The position numbers were made by a program, and so were the translations under genes. Below are positions 47,872-58,346 of a stretch of 64,000 bases of DNA, one piece after another. The stretch lies in assembly GCA_964428435.1 (NCBI GenBank), contig CAYRYA010000004.1, forward strand, positions 8,116-72,115, given 5' to 3'. Numbering within the stretch: the stretch's first letter is position 1; every line of letters starts with the position of its first letter. Source of the DNA: an uncultured Candidatus Saccharibacteria bacterium. Its GTDB lineage: Bacteria; Patescibacteriota; Minisyncoccia; Phycocordibacterales; DATDWN01. Below the pieces are notes generated by a model. That model worked only from the letters and a program-made list of their open reading frames with translations, did not search any database and was not told the origin of the DNA.

Positions 47872-48482
47872 AAGTTATCTTTAAGATTACGGAGTGTTGC
47901 TGTAGTGGTCACTATAAGCGGTATTGGTGTTTTATTTGGATCTTTCTCAATAACCAACGTAATCTTTATCATTCGAATATTTGAAATCACTACTGGCTGG
48001 CTCAGTGGCGATGTGGTGCCGGCAAATGTACTCGGGTAATACGTAAACAAAGTTGTTGTTGCACTGTTTGCGATATGTGAGACAACCGAAGAAACTTTTT
48101 CATTTGCCTCTACATATGCAAGCGGACTACCGGTTGGAGACAGCTCCCCTCGACGAAGCGTTGTACCAGACATAAAATATCGTATTCTCTCTTTATTCCC
48201 ATCATTATTGATATCACTATAAAACGTCAGCGCAGATGAACTTGCGACAGTTATAGGATAACCTCCGAGAGAAGATGGTGATGCTTCTCGTAACTCAGCG
48301 ACTATTTTCTTAATCACATGACGAGCATCAAGTTGCGCCGAGAGACTATTTTGTGCGGAAAAATTTAAGGTAAAAATATCACGCTGAAATGTTCCTACTG
48401 CAAGCGCAAGTAGGCCGATAATTGCAGAACTCACAACTATTTCAACAAGAGTGACACCTTGTGTATATTTCATATTATTCAC
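47868..48482 (-). CDS. Type IV prepilin-like protein (PilW-like)
   Basis: QG-VTLVE prepilin cleavage motif. Confidence 0.8.
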   Translation of the reverse strand: MNNMKYTQGVTLVEIVVSSAIIGLLALAVGTFQRDIFTLNFSAQNSLSAQLDARHVIKKIVAELREASPSSLGGYPITVASSSALTFYSDINNDGNKERIRYFMSGTTLRRGELSPTGSPLAYVEANEKVSSVVSHIANSATTTLFTYYPSTFAGTTSPLSQPVVISNIRMIKITLVIEKDPNKTPIPLIVTTTATLRNLKDNL

Positions 48483-50274
48483 TCACTAGTATAACATCTT
48501 GTAACTTCCAACTACTATCAATTGTTAGTGGAATTGTCTGTGTCTCGTAATTTGTTTTAGTCACTCGAAGACTGTAGGTACCATTTGAAAGCCCTGTAAA
48601 CACCACTTGACCTGGCGGAGTACATGAAGCAGTAAATGTAAAAGCAATATCAGAAATATTTGGGGAACGACTTGTGTCATCTGTATGAAGATAAAGTTTG
48701 TATCTTAAATAACGTTTTCCACTCGCTGAGGAATGTATTGTGCGATTTGCGGTTGTAAAGTACGTTGCATTTGTACCATCTGGTCCAACATAATCCCATG
48801 TACCTCCATCATCATTTGTTGCAATCTGAAAACGCACTGCGTTTGCACCCGTGCTTGTCGCCTGATCCATTGGAGACCATACAATTTCTTGAAAATTTGA
48901 GACTCCACCGGTATCAAAAGAAGATGATGTGAGTGTCCCATCTGTTTGATATTGCCCAAGAATATATTTTAACGTTAAATCACCCGCGGGATTATTGATT
49001 TCTATATTTCCATCACTACTTAAATATTGTGACATATTTGTTGATGTTGCCTGACCTCCCCCTCCAGACCAATTTGTTTGTACCAATGAACCTTTACCTG
49101 TCACACGTGTCGCCAACACGGCACCACCCGAAGAAAGAAGTTCAACCGTAGCATCAGCAAGTGGAAGCGATGAGGCACTATCACGTACCGCCACAAGTAC
49201 TGTTTGAGGATCTTTTGGTGCAACAACGAGATCTACTTGTTGTGATGAATCAGGGGAAAGCAAAAAAGAAATGAGAGGGTTTGCTCCAATCAAATCATAT
49301 GTACCTGACGTCATTGCGAGTGCATAGGTGTCCCACTCCATATTTGATAAAGAAAGCGCTCCAGAGCCACCAGTTGAGTGATCTTGATCATATTTGAGAA
49401 TTACCGGATTCGTACCTACTGTTTTTGTACCCGTGAGTGTGAGTGGAATATTGGTCACTGTTCCACAGTTTGATGCAAAGCTATTTACGGATAACGTACT
49501 TAGTTCATCGATAATAAAACTTTGTGCTGTTACTTGTTGCAACACCACAGTCGCATGAGGTTTGGTAGGATTTGGATTCGCTACTGTAATCGAATACGTA
49601 CGCTCTGTAGAATATCCCGATTTGGTTACTGTAATTTCATACGCATTGATGCCTGGAGGTGCATCGACAATTGCGAGTAGTCCGTCGTTGTTGGTTACAT
49701 CATCAATCGAGATAGTGCTTGTTGCAAGATTATTTTCAATATGCACATTTGCTTGTGGTACCGGATTACCATTTGCATCAAACACTCGAATAAACAAAGC
49801 GCCGTTTGTTGAAGCTGTCTCAAGACTTTTTGGAGCGACACGTGAAGTCACACTTACTGGTTTAAAATTACGACATAACACACATCCGATTTCTATTTCA
49901 ACAACCTTAGAATCTGCAGGCGAAAGATCGTTGGGACTACCTCCCAGCGTTCCATCAAACGGATCGTCAAAGTTTCTTACTGTGGTAGTTGCAATAAATG
50001 TTGTTCCGTCTCGAACCAACGTCTGCACATGAGTCAACAATCCATCAGGAATACCTCCGTCAATACCCACACTTGCGTATGGTAGATTTTTTACAATTTC
50101 AAGTTGTTCATTGGCAAGGTCAATTGCTGCAATTTTTTGTCGCGATACAGATACTGCCTGGTAAATAGATGTATATGCATTGTATACTCCAACAATAATA
50201 ACCGTAAACACAGAAACTCCAACCAGAAGCTCAATAAGTGTAAACCCTTTTTTGTTTTTGAATAGATTTTTCAT
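48475..50274 (-). CDS. Large prepilin-like protein with carboxypeptidase-regulatory-like beta domains
   Basis: KG-FTLIE motif; VFDANGNPV, VTKSGY repeats. Confidence 0.8.
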   Translation of the reverse strand: MKNLFKNKKGFTLIELLVGVSVFTVIIVGVYNAYTSIYQAVSVSRQKIAAIDLANEQLEIVKNLPYASVGIDGGIPDGLLTHVQTLVRDGTTFIATTTVRNFDDPFDGTLGGSPNDLSPADSKVVEIEIGCVLCRNFKPVSVTSRVAPKSLETASTNGALFIRVFDANGNPVPQANVHIENNLATSTISIDDVTNNDGLLAIVDAPPGINAYEITVTKSGYSTERTYSITVANPNPTKPHATVVLQQVTAQSFIIDELSTLSVNSFASNCGTVTNIPLTLTGTKTVGTNPVILKYDQDHSTGGSGALSLSNMEWDTYALAMTSGTYDLIGANPLISFLLSPDSSQQVDLVVAPKDPQTVLVAVRDSASSLPLADATVELLSSGGAVLATRVTGKGSLVQTNWSGGGGQATSTNMSQYLSSDGNIEINNPAGDLTLKYILGQYQTDGTLTSSSFDTGGVSNFQEIVWSPMDQATSTGANAVRFQIATNDDGGTWDYVGPDGTNATYFTTANRTIHSSASGKRYLRYKLYLHTDDTSRSPNISDIAFTFTASCTPPGQVVFTGLSNGTYSLRVTKTNYETQTIPLTIDSSWKLQDVILVSE

Positions 50275-50407
50275 TCTTTCTCTTAACAAGCAACTATGAA
50301 CCAATAAAATTGCTTTAGATGCGAGACGCAAGAAGGTTTTGGAGTGAGCCGTAAGCAACAAAACCTGAATTGCAACAAAGCAGATGAAGTGATTTTATTG
50401 TGTACTG

Positions 50408-51622
50408 TTATATAGCATCCGCCAAACTGTAAGTCGGAGCCAACATTGAAATCGCAAATATTCCCACTGCTGCACCGATCACAATCATCAATACAGGTTC
50501 AATTACAGAAGACATATCTTTTGTTTTCTGATCTACTTCGTCTTCATAAAACTGTGCGACTCCAACCAACATATCCCCTATTTTTCCTGTTTCCTCACCA
50601 ACCGACACCATTTCTCCCACGAAGATAGGATATAGATCCTCATGTTTCAAAAAGATCGCAGACATTAATTCTCCTTTCTGGATCACTTGCTCAATATTAT
50701 CGAGCACAGCTTTATAGTATGTATTTTGAATAACCTCTTTTGTGACGGAAATAGCAACGACAATATCAACACCTGAACTAATCAGTGATGAGAGTGTACG
50801 TGCAGTACGTGCTGAATTCACTTGTTTAACAATATCTCCAATCACTGGAGTATGGATCGCAACATAATCAGACAATCGCTTTCCTTTTTCTGTTTTTAAT
50901 CCATAGTACACACCAGCACACAATGCGATAACTCCACCAATCATTACGAGAAAATAGTTTTTCATGATATCACTGATACCAATAATGATTCGTGTAGATA
51001 ACGGAAGTTTGATACCGAGCCCTTTGAACGTTTCTGTAAGTGTCGGAACCATATATACCATCATCAATACTCCGATCACAGCCATGAGAGAAAAAATAAC
51101 CGCAGGATACATCATTGCTCCTTTGATTTTCTTGTTCAACTGATATGTCTTTTCCATCTGGTTTGAAATATTCTTGAGTGCAAGAATGAGGTTCCCAGAC
51201 TCTTCACCTGCGCGCACCATTGAAACAAAAAGCATTGAAAACACTTCTGGATATGCTTTCATTGCTTCAGAGAGAGTAACTCCTTTACTAATTTCCTCTT
51301 CAAGAGAGGTGAGGATTTTTTTAAACTGACCTTTTGACTGTCGACCCATAATAGATATTGCTCGGGTAATCGGAAGTCCTGCCTCAATCATAGAAGAAAG
51401 GTTTCGTGCAAATACAATCTTGTCATGGGTTTTTACCTTTCCTGAAAATGGCATCGAAAAAGACGCTGAGAAAAACTTTTGAGTGTGCACCTCAGATGAT
51501 GAGAGAACCTGTCCCCCTTCTTTTTTTATATCTCGATATAACGAAAATTTATCAGGAGCCTCTTTTACCCCCTCATATTCTTTACCTTCTGCATTTATTG
51601 CTTTGTATGTAAATGTTGTCAT
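50408..51622 (-). CDS. pilC: Type IV pilus/T2SS platform protein PilC/GspF
   Basis: MVRAGEESG, AMMYP, VGEETG, IEP. Confidence 0.92.
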   Translation of the reverse strand: MTTFTYKAINAEGKEYEGVKEAPDKFSLYRDIKKEGGQVLSSSEVHTQKFFSASFSMPFSGKVKTHDKIVFARNLSSMIEAGLPITRAISIMGRQSKGQFKKILTSLEEEISKGVTLSEAMKAYPEVFSMLFVSMVRAGEESGNLILALKNISNQMEKTYQLNKKIKGAMMYPAVIFSLMAVIGVLMMVYMVPTLTETFKGLGIKLPLSTRIIIGISDIMKNYFLVMIGGVIALCAGVYYGLKTEKGKRLSDYVAIHTPVIGDIVKQVNSARTARTLSSLISSGVDIVVAISVTKEVIQNTYYKAVLDNIEQVIQKGELMSAIFLKHEDLYPIFVGEMVSVGEETGKIGDMLVGVAQFYEDEVDQKTKDMSSVIEPVLMIVIGAAVGIFAISMLAPTYSLADAI

Positions 51623-51623
51623 A

Positions 51624-53375
51624 TTATTCTGAAATTACACGAAGCACCTCTTCAATTGTGGTTGTACCTTGCACCGCTTGGAAAATACCGTCTTCGATCA
51701 TAGTGAGCATACCTTCTTTTTCTGCCTGCTTTTGTATCTCATCTGCAGTACCCCCTTTCATAATAATCTCTTTAATCGCTGGTGACACTTTTAGGATCTC
51801 GTGAATACCTGCTCGCCCACCATATCCATCAGCATCAGCAGTACCTTTTTTAGGTCTAAAGAAAGGTATTTTTTCCCAATTATCACTCTTACCGATTATT
51901 TTTTCAGCACGAAGAGCTTCGGCAATCTTATCAAGATTTACCGATTTGCCGAGAGTTTCAATCTCTGATTTTGTCAGGAAATATTTTTCTTTTGATTCTT
52001 CAGTGAGACGACGCACCAAACGCTGCGCAATAATAATATTAATTGTTGATACCAATAGGAATGGTTCTACTTTCATATCAATCAATCGAGGAATCGCTCC
52101 GGCCGCACTGTTGGTGTGCAGTGTTGAAAGCACAACGTGTCCCGTAAGTGATGCGTTGATAGCGAGAGATGCTGTTTCATTGTCTCGAATCTCCCCCACC
52201 ATAATAATGTCAGGATCCTGTCGAACAAGCGTACGAAGTCCCGATGAGAATGTAAAACCTATCTCTGGGCGTACCTGTGTTTGATTAATACGTTTCATCT
52301 GATACTCAACAGGATCTTCGATCGTTGAAATATTCACATCAGGAGTATTGAGCATATCGAGGATCGTATACAATGTTGTTGTTTTACCTGAACCTGTCGG
52401 ACCTGTAGTGAGGATCATCCCTGTTGTTGATTTGATTGCTTTATGAATACGTTCAAGACCTTCTCCATGGAAGTGAAGTTTTTCAAGTGTAAAACCTGAT
52501 ACAGTTTCTCGGAGCAAACGCATTACCGTCTTTTCTCCGTAGTATGTTGGAAGTGTTGATACACGAAACGATACTTTTTCACCGTTCATGTCAATCTTGA
52601 AACGACCGTCTTGTGGAAGACGTTTTTCATCAAGCTTGAGACTTGCAAGCACTTTTATACGAGCACTAATCGATGGGGCAACATTTTTAGGCAACACCAT
52701 CGCATCGTGAAGCAGACCATCAATACGGTATCGTACCAATAGTTCTGTTTCCATTGGTTCAATGTGAATATCGGATGCGTCTTGTAAGATGGCATGTTTT
52801 AAAAGCGTATCAACAATACGCACCACCGGTACATCATCTGCCAATTTTTTCAGATCACTTTCTGAAACATCTTCTTCCAGATCTTCAACTTTCTTCAAAG
52901 AAAGAGCGTCTTTTTGAATAAGATCACCAAATTCAGCCTTCAAACTTTTTTGATACTGCAACAACGCTGACTTCATAGATTCCCCATCAGTAAGACGTGG
53001 AAGAATTTTGAGACCCACCTTCTTTTTAACGAAATCAATCGCTGTCAAATCTTCAGTATCAAGCATCGCTACTTCAAGTGCAGTATCTGTTTTTTTGAAT
53101 GCGACAATATTATGGTTACGTGCAATAGGTTCTGGGATCATTGAAAGAACTTCAAAGTCCAGTTTTTCACCTTTTAAATCTACGAAAGGAATGCCGAGAA
53201 TATACGCCTGCATCCGACGAAGGTCATCTTCGGTTAGTTTTCCTTTACTTACCAATATCTTCCCTAATCCTTCACCTGACTCTTCGCCTTCTTTGGCGGC
53301 AGCAGTAACCTCAGCACGAGATACAAGACCTGAGTCAATAATGAAATCTTTAAGTTGTGTTTCTTCAATGTGCAT
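51624..53375 (-). CDS. pilB: Type IV pilus assembly ATPase PilB/GspE
   Basis: ASDIHIEP, RLPQDGR, GPTGSGKTT, RQDPD..MVGEIRD, TGH.V.STLH. Confidence 0.93.
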   Translation of the reverse strand: MHIEETQLKDFIIDSGLVSRAEVTAAAKEGEESGEGLGKILVSKGKLTEDDLRRMQAYILGIPFVDLKGEKLDFEVLSMIPEPIARNHNIVAFKKTDTALEVAMLDTEDLTAIDFVKKKVGLKILPRLTDGESMKSALLQYQKSLKAEFGDLIQKDALSLKKVEDLEEDVSESDLKKLADDVPVVRIVDTLLKHAILQDASDIHIEPMETELLVRYRIDGLLHDAMVLPKNVAPSISARIKVLASLKLDEKRLPQDGRFKIDMNGEKVSFRVSTLPTYYGEKTVMRLLRETVSGFTLEKLHFHGEGLERIHKAIKSTTGMILTTGPTGSGKTTTLYTILDMLNTPDVNISTIEDPVEYQMKRINQTQVRPEIGFTFSSGLRTLVRQDPDIIMVGEIRDNETASLAINASLTGHVVLSTLHTNSAAGAIPRLIDMKVEPFLLVSTINIIIAQRLVRRLTEESKEKYFLTKSEIETLGKSVNLDKIAEALRAEKIIGKSDNWEKIPFFRPKKGTADADGYGGRAGIHEILKVSPAIKEIIMKGGTADEIQKQAEKEGMLTMIEDGIFQAVQGTTTIEEVLRVISE

Positions 53376-53527
53376 ACGAAAGTAAAAAGTCTTAAAGTCG
53401 AAAGTCTACCGAGTCGACTTTGCACTTTAATTATATAGTTTCAGTATATCAAAAAAGTAATATTCTCTAGTATAAAAATGTGTACAAGAAAGGCCGGTCA
53501 ACACTATGTGCAAACCGACCTTTGTAA

Positions 53528-53818
53528 TCATCCCCATCCGAAACCCTTTTGCACCATCAAGGTAGTCCCGATGCCGATGAAAAGTGCTAAATTTAAAAGC
53601 TTAAACCCTTTAGGGACTGTCGAGCCCATTTGCCACGCCATGACAGCAAACCAGAGTATAAACGCCAACCGGAAGCCCAAAAAGTGGTCAACATAAGAGG
53701 CGGAAAGTATTGCTACCACCCCTAAAATAGCCGCGATTTTGTCGTAGACAGTGGCATTTACCCCAAACAAAAACCATGCTTGCAATAACACTGCAAACAA
53801 GATGGTAATCTCTACCAT
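53528..53818 (-). CDS. Orphan small membrane protein
   Basis: AAGGAGG SD; four short hydrophobic segments; hairpin at about 53488..53525. Confidence 0.7.
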   Translation of the reverse strand: MVEITILFAVLLQAWFLFGVNATVYDKIAAILGVVAILSASYVDHFLGFRLAFILWFAVMAWQMGSTVPKGFKLLNLALFIGIGTTLMVQKGFGWG

Positions 53819-53861
53819 ACGCACCTCCTTCTATATACCACTATACATACATCACCTATGT

Positions 53862-53925
53862 TTGACAACATTTTTCTCTTGCGGTATTATACATGTATCT
53901 GACAAGTCCGCCCGAAAGGCGGATC
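53862..53925 (+). promoter_or_regulatory. nusA promoter and leader hairpin
   Basis: TTGACA-17-TATTAT followed by TCCGCC-cgaaa-GGCGGA. Confidence 0.65.
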
Positions 53926-53955
53926 AATTTTTTACCCAAAATAACAAAAAGTAAC

Positions 53956-55167
53956 ATGTTTGATCTTAAAGTAATACATTCTGTGCTCACTCAGCTCGAA
54001 GAAGAGCGAGGCATTCCTCAAGCAAAAATCATTGAGGCTATTGAGCTTGCCCTCGCCACTGCGTACAAGAAAGAATATGGCAAAAAAGGCCAGATTGTTC
54101 GGGCTAAATTTGACCTCAACTCAGGTGCAGTTGAAATGTACCAAGTAAAAATTGTTGTTGATGAGTCAACAGTGGTTATGGAACTGGCAGATGATGTAGA
54201 TCTTCCAGAAGGTATGGAGCTCTACAACCCAGAACATCATATGTTACTTGCTGACGCCAAACTTATCAAAAAAGATGCTGTACTTGGTGAAGAAATAGTC
54301 TTCCCCCTCGAAGATAAGGCTGACTATAGCCGTATTGCAGCGCAGACCGCAAAACAGGTAATCATGCAAAAAATCCGTGAAGCTGAGAAAGTTTCAGTAC
54401 TTGGTGAATACGGTAAACGAGAGGGTGAAATCGTCAGTGGTACTGTACAACGTATCGAACGAGGCAATATCTTTGTAGATATGGGCCGAGCAACAGGTCT
54501 CCTTGCGTACGAAGAGCAGATTCCAGGAGAACGGTACGGTCAAGGTGAGCGAGTACGAGCATATATGTACCGCGTAGAAGACTCAGGAAAAGGTGTATTC
54601 TTGCGACTTTCTCGATCACATCCAAAATTCCTTGAAAAACTTTTTGAAGCTGAAGCCCCAGAGCTTGCAACAGGTGCAGTGGTAGTAAAATCTATCGCTC
54701 GAGAAGCAGGTTCACGCACAAAGATCGCTGTGGCTTCAACCGATGATCATATTGACCCAGTCGGTTCAATGGTTGGTCAGCGAGGAGTGCGAGTAGCTAC
54801 TGTAATGTCTGAGCTTGGTGGTGAAAAAATTGACATTATCGAATGGAATGCAGATCCGAAGAAATTCATCGAAGAAGCTCTCTCTCCTGCAAAAATCCTC
54901 TCGATTGATATCAATGAAGCTGATAAATCAGCTAAAGTGGCAGTGTCTTCTGACCAGCAATCATTGGCAATCGGAAAAGGTGGACAAAATGTACGCCTCG
55001 CAGCAAAACTCACTGGTTGGAGAATCGATATCCAGTCAGACGGCTCTACAGAGCCACTTGCAACTGCAAGTGCAGAAGCTCCAGAATCAACCATTGATTC
55101 TGATGAAGGTTTTGCAGATATCTCAAGCCTCAAGGCTGAAGCCTCTGAGACAGAGAAACAAGACTAA
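53956..55167 (+). CDS. nusA: Transcription factor NusA
   Basis: RIAAQTAKQVI, S1 domain, AREAGSRTK, AIGKGGQNVRLA. Confidence 0.97.
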   Translation: MFDLKVIHSVLTQLEEERGIPQAKIIEAIELALATAYKKEYGKKGQIVRAKFDLNSGAVEMYQVKIVVDESTVVMELADDVDLPEGMELYNPEHHMLLADAKLIKKDAVLGEEIVFPLEDKADYSRIAAQTAKQVIMQKIREAEKVSVLGEYGKREGEIVSGTVQRIERGNIFVDMGRATGLLAYEEQIPGERYGQGERVRAYMYRVEDSGKGVFLRLSRSHPKFLEKLFEAEAPELATGAVVVKSIAREAGSRTKIAVASTDDHIDPVGSMVGQRGVRVATVMSELGGEKIDIIEWNADPKKFIEEALSPAKILSIDINEADKSAKVAVSSDQQSLAIGKGGQNVRLAAKLTGWRIDIQSDGSTEPLATASAEAPESTIDSDEGFADISSLKAEASETEKQD

Positions 55168-55186
55168 AGATTAAAAGATAATGTAA

Positions 55187-55223
55187 GAAAACTTCCCCTA
55201 GGCCAGGCCTAGGGGAAGTTTTT
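55187..55223 (+). terminator. Terminator after nusA
   Basis: AAAACTTCCCCTAGGCC-a-GGCCTAGGGGAAGTTTT. Confidence 0.8.
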
Positions 55224-55286
55224 GCATATGCTGCTTTTTTCCTGTATTATTCTTTAATCCTTAATCATTAATCTAATATCTATCCC

Positions 55287-55796
55287 ATGAATTTAATCAA
55301 AGAAATCAGTGCAGGGACACCTGAAGAGATGAATGTAATCGTCGAAATTCCAAAAGGCTCTAAGAATAAGTACGAAATCGACAAAGAAACAGGCCTTATT
55401 GCTCTCGATCGAGTAATGCACACCTCTCAGGACATGCCATTTGACTACGGTTTTGTTCCTCAGACTCTCTGGGAAGATGGTGACCCGCTTGATGTTGTGA
55501 TCCTCACTACATACCCACTTCACCCTGGTATTTTGGCTAAAGTTCGTCCTGTAGGCATGATGGATATGGTGGATGATGGTGAAAGTGATGTAAAAATCAT
55601 CGCTGTACCAGTCAAAGATCCTCGTTTTGCAGAAATCAAAGACCTTTCTGATGTAAACAAACACACACTCAAAGAAATGGAGCATTACTTTACTACCTAC
55701 AAGAAACTTCAGAATAAAGAAGTGATAATCAAAGGTTTTGGTGACAAACAAGCAGCAATGGATGCATTCAACAAAGCAATCCTCGCTTTCAAATAA
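55287..55796 (+). CDS. ppa: Inorganic pyrophosphatase (family I)
   Basis: EIPKGS.NKYE, YGFVPQT, DGDPLD. Confidence 0.96.
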   Translation: MNLIKEISAGTPEEMNVIVEIPKGSKNKYEIDKETGLIALDRVMHTSQDMPFDYGFVPQTLWEDGDPLDVVILTTYPLHPGILAKVRPVGMMDMVDDGESDVKIIAVPVKDPRFAEIKDLSDVNKHTLKEMEHYFTTYKKLQNKEVIIKGFGDKQAAMDAFNKAILAFK

Positions 55797-55913
55797 CTGC
55801 TTAAAAACTAATCCCCAGAAAGACCTGTCTGTAAATATACAGACGGGTCTTTTACTTATATAATATAAGGATAGGTATATGTCGCATATATCTATCTAAT
55901 CGTAAATATACTA

Positions 55914-56675
55914 ATGAAAAAATACTTATATACATCAATCATAGCTTGTGCTCTTTTGTGTACACCATATGTGTACGCAGAAGATGGTACAACAGGAACA
56001 GCAGAGACAACTTCTGCTACCACACCAACAAGTGCGCCAAAACCAAGACCACTTGCTCCAATACGAGAAGTTCGAAAAGAAATTCGAGAAGATCGTAAGG
56101 AGATGAATGAAGGAATCCGAGAAGAGAAAAAAGAATTTAACCAGCAAGTACGTGAAGACCGAAAAGCACTCGCTTCAAGTACTGCCTCTACTACACCAGC
56201 AATGCGAAAAGAATTTCGAGAGGGTGTAAAGGAAGATCGCAAAGAGCTTCGTGAGGAAAATAAAGAAAAACGAGAAGAGTTTCGTGAAGAATCAAAAGAT
56301 AAACGTAAAAATGCTCGAATCGAGGCTATGGTAACTATTGTAGTCAATCGACTCAATGCAACCATCACCCGCCTTGAGAAACTTATTGAAAAACTTGATG
56401 CACGTATCGCTAAATTCAAAGAAAAAGGTGCTGATGTAACTGTTGCAACAGCAGCTTCAGCAGAAGCAAAAAGTGCAATCGCGAGTGCTAAAAGTAAAGT
56501 AAGTAGTATCACAGTACCAACAGGTTCAACCACCGCATCAAGTACAGCTGAAACAATCAAATCATCTGTTAAACTTGTAGAGCAGGATCTGAAAGTAGCT
56601 CGAAGCGCTTTAGAGAAAGCATTAAAAAGTTTTAAAGGTTTGAGCTCTCAAGCAACAACCACACCAACTAATTAA
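55914..56675 (+). CDS. Secreted coiled-coil protein
   Basis: Signal peptide ending VYA; E/K/R-rich helical repeats. Confidence 0.8.
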   Translation: MKKYLYTSIIACALLCTPYVYAEDGTTGTAETTSATTPTSAPKPRPLAPIREVRKEIREDRKEMNEGIREEKKEFNQQVREDRKALASSTASTTPAMRKEFREGVKEDRKELREENKEKREEFREESKDKRKNARIEAMVTIVVNRLNATITRLEKLIEKLDARIAKFKEKGADVTVATAASAEAKSAIASAKSKVSSITVPTGSTTASSTAETIKSSVKLVEQDLKVARSALEKALKSFKGLSSQATTTPTN

Positions 56676-56683
56676 TAGTCTAT

Positions 56684-57007
56684 ATGGAAAACGAAACAAC
56701 AAACCAATTTCAAGCTCCACAAACACCTGTTGAACAAGCTCCTGTGTCAATGACACCTGAAAAATCTTCAACAAGTGGTATCATCGGTACAATTATCATC
56801 ATCGCCCTTATCATCCTCGGTGGATTATATTTCTGGGGCAAACGTATTAGTACACAGCAAGAAACAGCATCCCTTATCAACCAGGAACAGGCTGCCGCTC
56901 AAGAAGCAGCAGCAATCCAGGCGGTAAGCACCAGTGATGAAGTAGATACATTGCAAGCAGAACTTAATGCAACGATCACCTCTGACCTTGGGGCAGAACT
57001 TGAGTAA
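56684..57007 (+). CDS. Single-TM hypothetical protein
   Basis: IIGTIIIIALIILGGLYFWG helix; acidic tail. Confidence 0.75.
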   Translation: MENETTNQFQAPQTPVEQAPVSMTPEKSSTSGIIGTIIIIALIILGGLYFWGKRISTQQETASLINQEQAAAQEAAAIQAVSTSDEVDTLQAELNATITSDLGAELE

Positions 57008-57120
57008 AAGACACCAACTCGAAAATGAGCAAAAACCCTTCTTATGAAGGGTTTTTGCTTGCTTTATCTTGAAAAATTCGTATCATTCGTATATTAAAAC
57101 TAACCGTAATACTCACCAGT

Positions 57121-58191
57121 ATGGCAAAAAAAGATTATGCAAATATAACAATAACAAAACTTCCCCAACAAGAAGTTGAAATTATTGGTGAAATCACAAC
57201 AGAAAAAATGGACTCGATGCGTAAAAAAGCGATCGACTCTCTAAAGAAAGAAGTTACTCTTCCTGGATTTCGAAAAGGTACTGCACCTGAAAACCTTGTA
57301 GTACAGCAGATTGGTGAAGTAAAAATACTTGAGGAAGCAGGAGAACTTGCGCTTGGTGAGGTGTACCCGGATATTCTTGCCGATGAAAAACTAGACCCTC
57401 TCGGTAAACCCGAAGTAACAATTACTAAAATCGGTGTTGGTAGTCCACTCGGTTTTAAAATTAAAACAGCCCTTATGCCAGCTGTGACTATTGGTGATTA
57501 CAAAAAAATTGCTAAAAAAATCTACTCAACAGAGTCTGCTGTCGAAGTTACAGAAAAAGATATTGAGGATGTTATCCAAAATCTTCGTAAAAACGTTGCC
57601 CATGCAAAGATGCATGAAGAAGGAGGTCACGACGAACACGACCATTCTCATGGAGAAGTCAAAGATGAAGATTTACCTGAGGTAAACGATGAATTCCTAA
57701 AGCAAATCGGTGAGTTTGCATCTGTTGAAGACCTTAAAGAGAAAATTAAAGATAATCTTCTCAAAGAAAAAACATTTAAAGCGAAAGATAAAAAACGCAC
57801 AGAAGCACTCGAAGAAATTATAACTGCATCGACAATTGAGATACCTCAGATTTTGATTGATGGAGAACTCGACCGAATGAAAGCACAATTTGAAGATGAT
57901 TTGTCGCGTTCAGGAATTAAACTTACAGACTACCTTTCATACACAAAAAAGACAGAAGATGATTTGAAAATAGACTGGAAAGACACAGCCCTCAAACGTG
58001 CAAAATCTCAGATTATTCTCAACACTATTGCGCGAGATGAACATATCACTCCTGAAGAAACAGAAATCAAAGCTGAGATGGAAAAAATCCTTGCTCATCA
58101 CAAAGATGCTGAACGATTCCGTGTACGAATGTATGTAGAAACTTTTCTCACTAATGATTTGGTATTTAAGTTTCTTGAGGAACAAAAATAG
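57121..58191 (+). CDS. tig: Trigger factor lacking most of the PPIase domain
   Basis: LPGFRKGTAP ribosome-binding motif; 356 aa; LPEVNDEF. Confidence 0.92.
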   Translation: MAKKDYANITITKLPQQEVEIIGEITTEKMDSMRKKAIDSLKKEVTLPGFRKGTAPENLVVQQIGEVKILEEAGELALGEVYPDILADEKLDPLGKPEVTITKIGVGSPLGFKIKTALMPAVTIGDYKKIAKKIYSTESAVEVTEKDIEDVIQNLRKNVAHAKMHEEGGHDEHDHSHGEVKDEDLPEVNDEFLKQIGEFASVEDLKEKIKDNLLKEKTFKAKDKKRTEALEEIITASTIEIPQILIDGELDRMKAQFEDDLSRSGIKLTDYLSYTKKTEDDLKIDWKDTALKRAKSQIILNTIARDEHITPEETEIKAEMEKILAHHKDAERFRVRMYVETFLTNDLVFKFLEEQK

Positions 58192-58346
58192 TTGACGAAA
58201 AAACCATATTACCATTCGCTTTTTTTAATTGACATACACACTGTATTCATATACTCTCTACACAGACCCTTCCCTGAAGGGCATCTTGTAGAAAGGAATC
58301 AGGACGACATCGAAGAAAAAGCCGGGCCTCCTGCCCGGCTTTTGTA

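Noticed and set aside
57121-58191. Truncated trigger factor as a pseudogene
   Set aside because: Frame is intact with N- and C-domains present; the short middle region looks like domain loss rather than decay.
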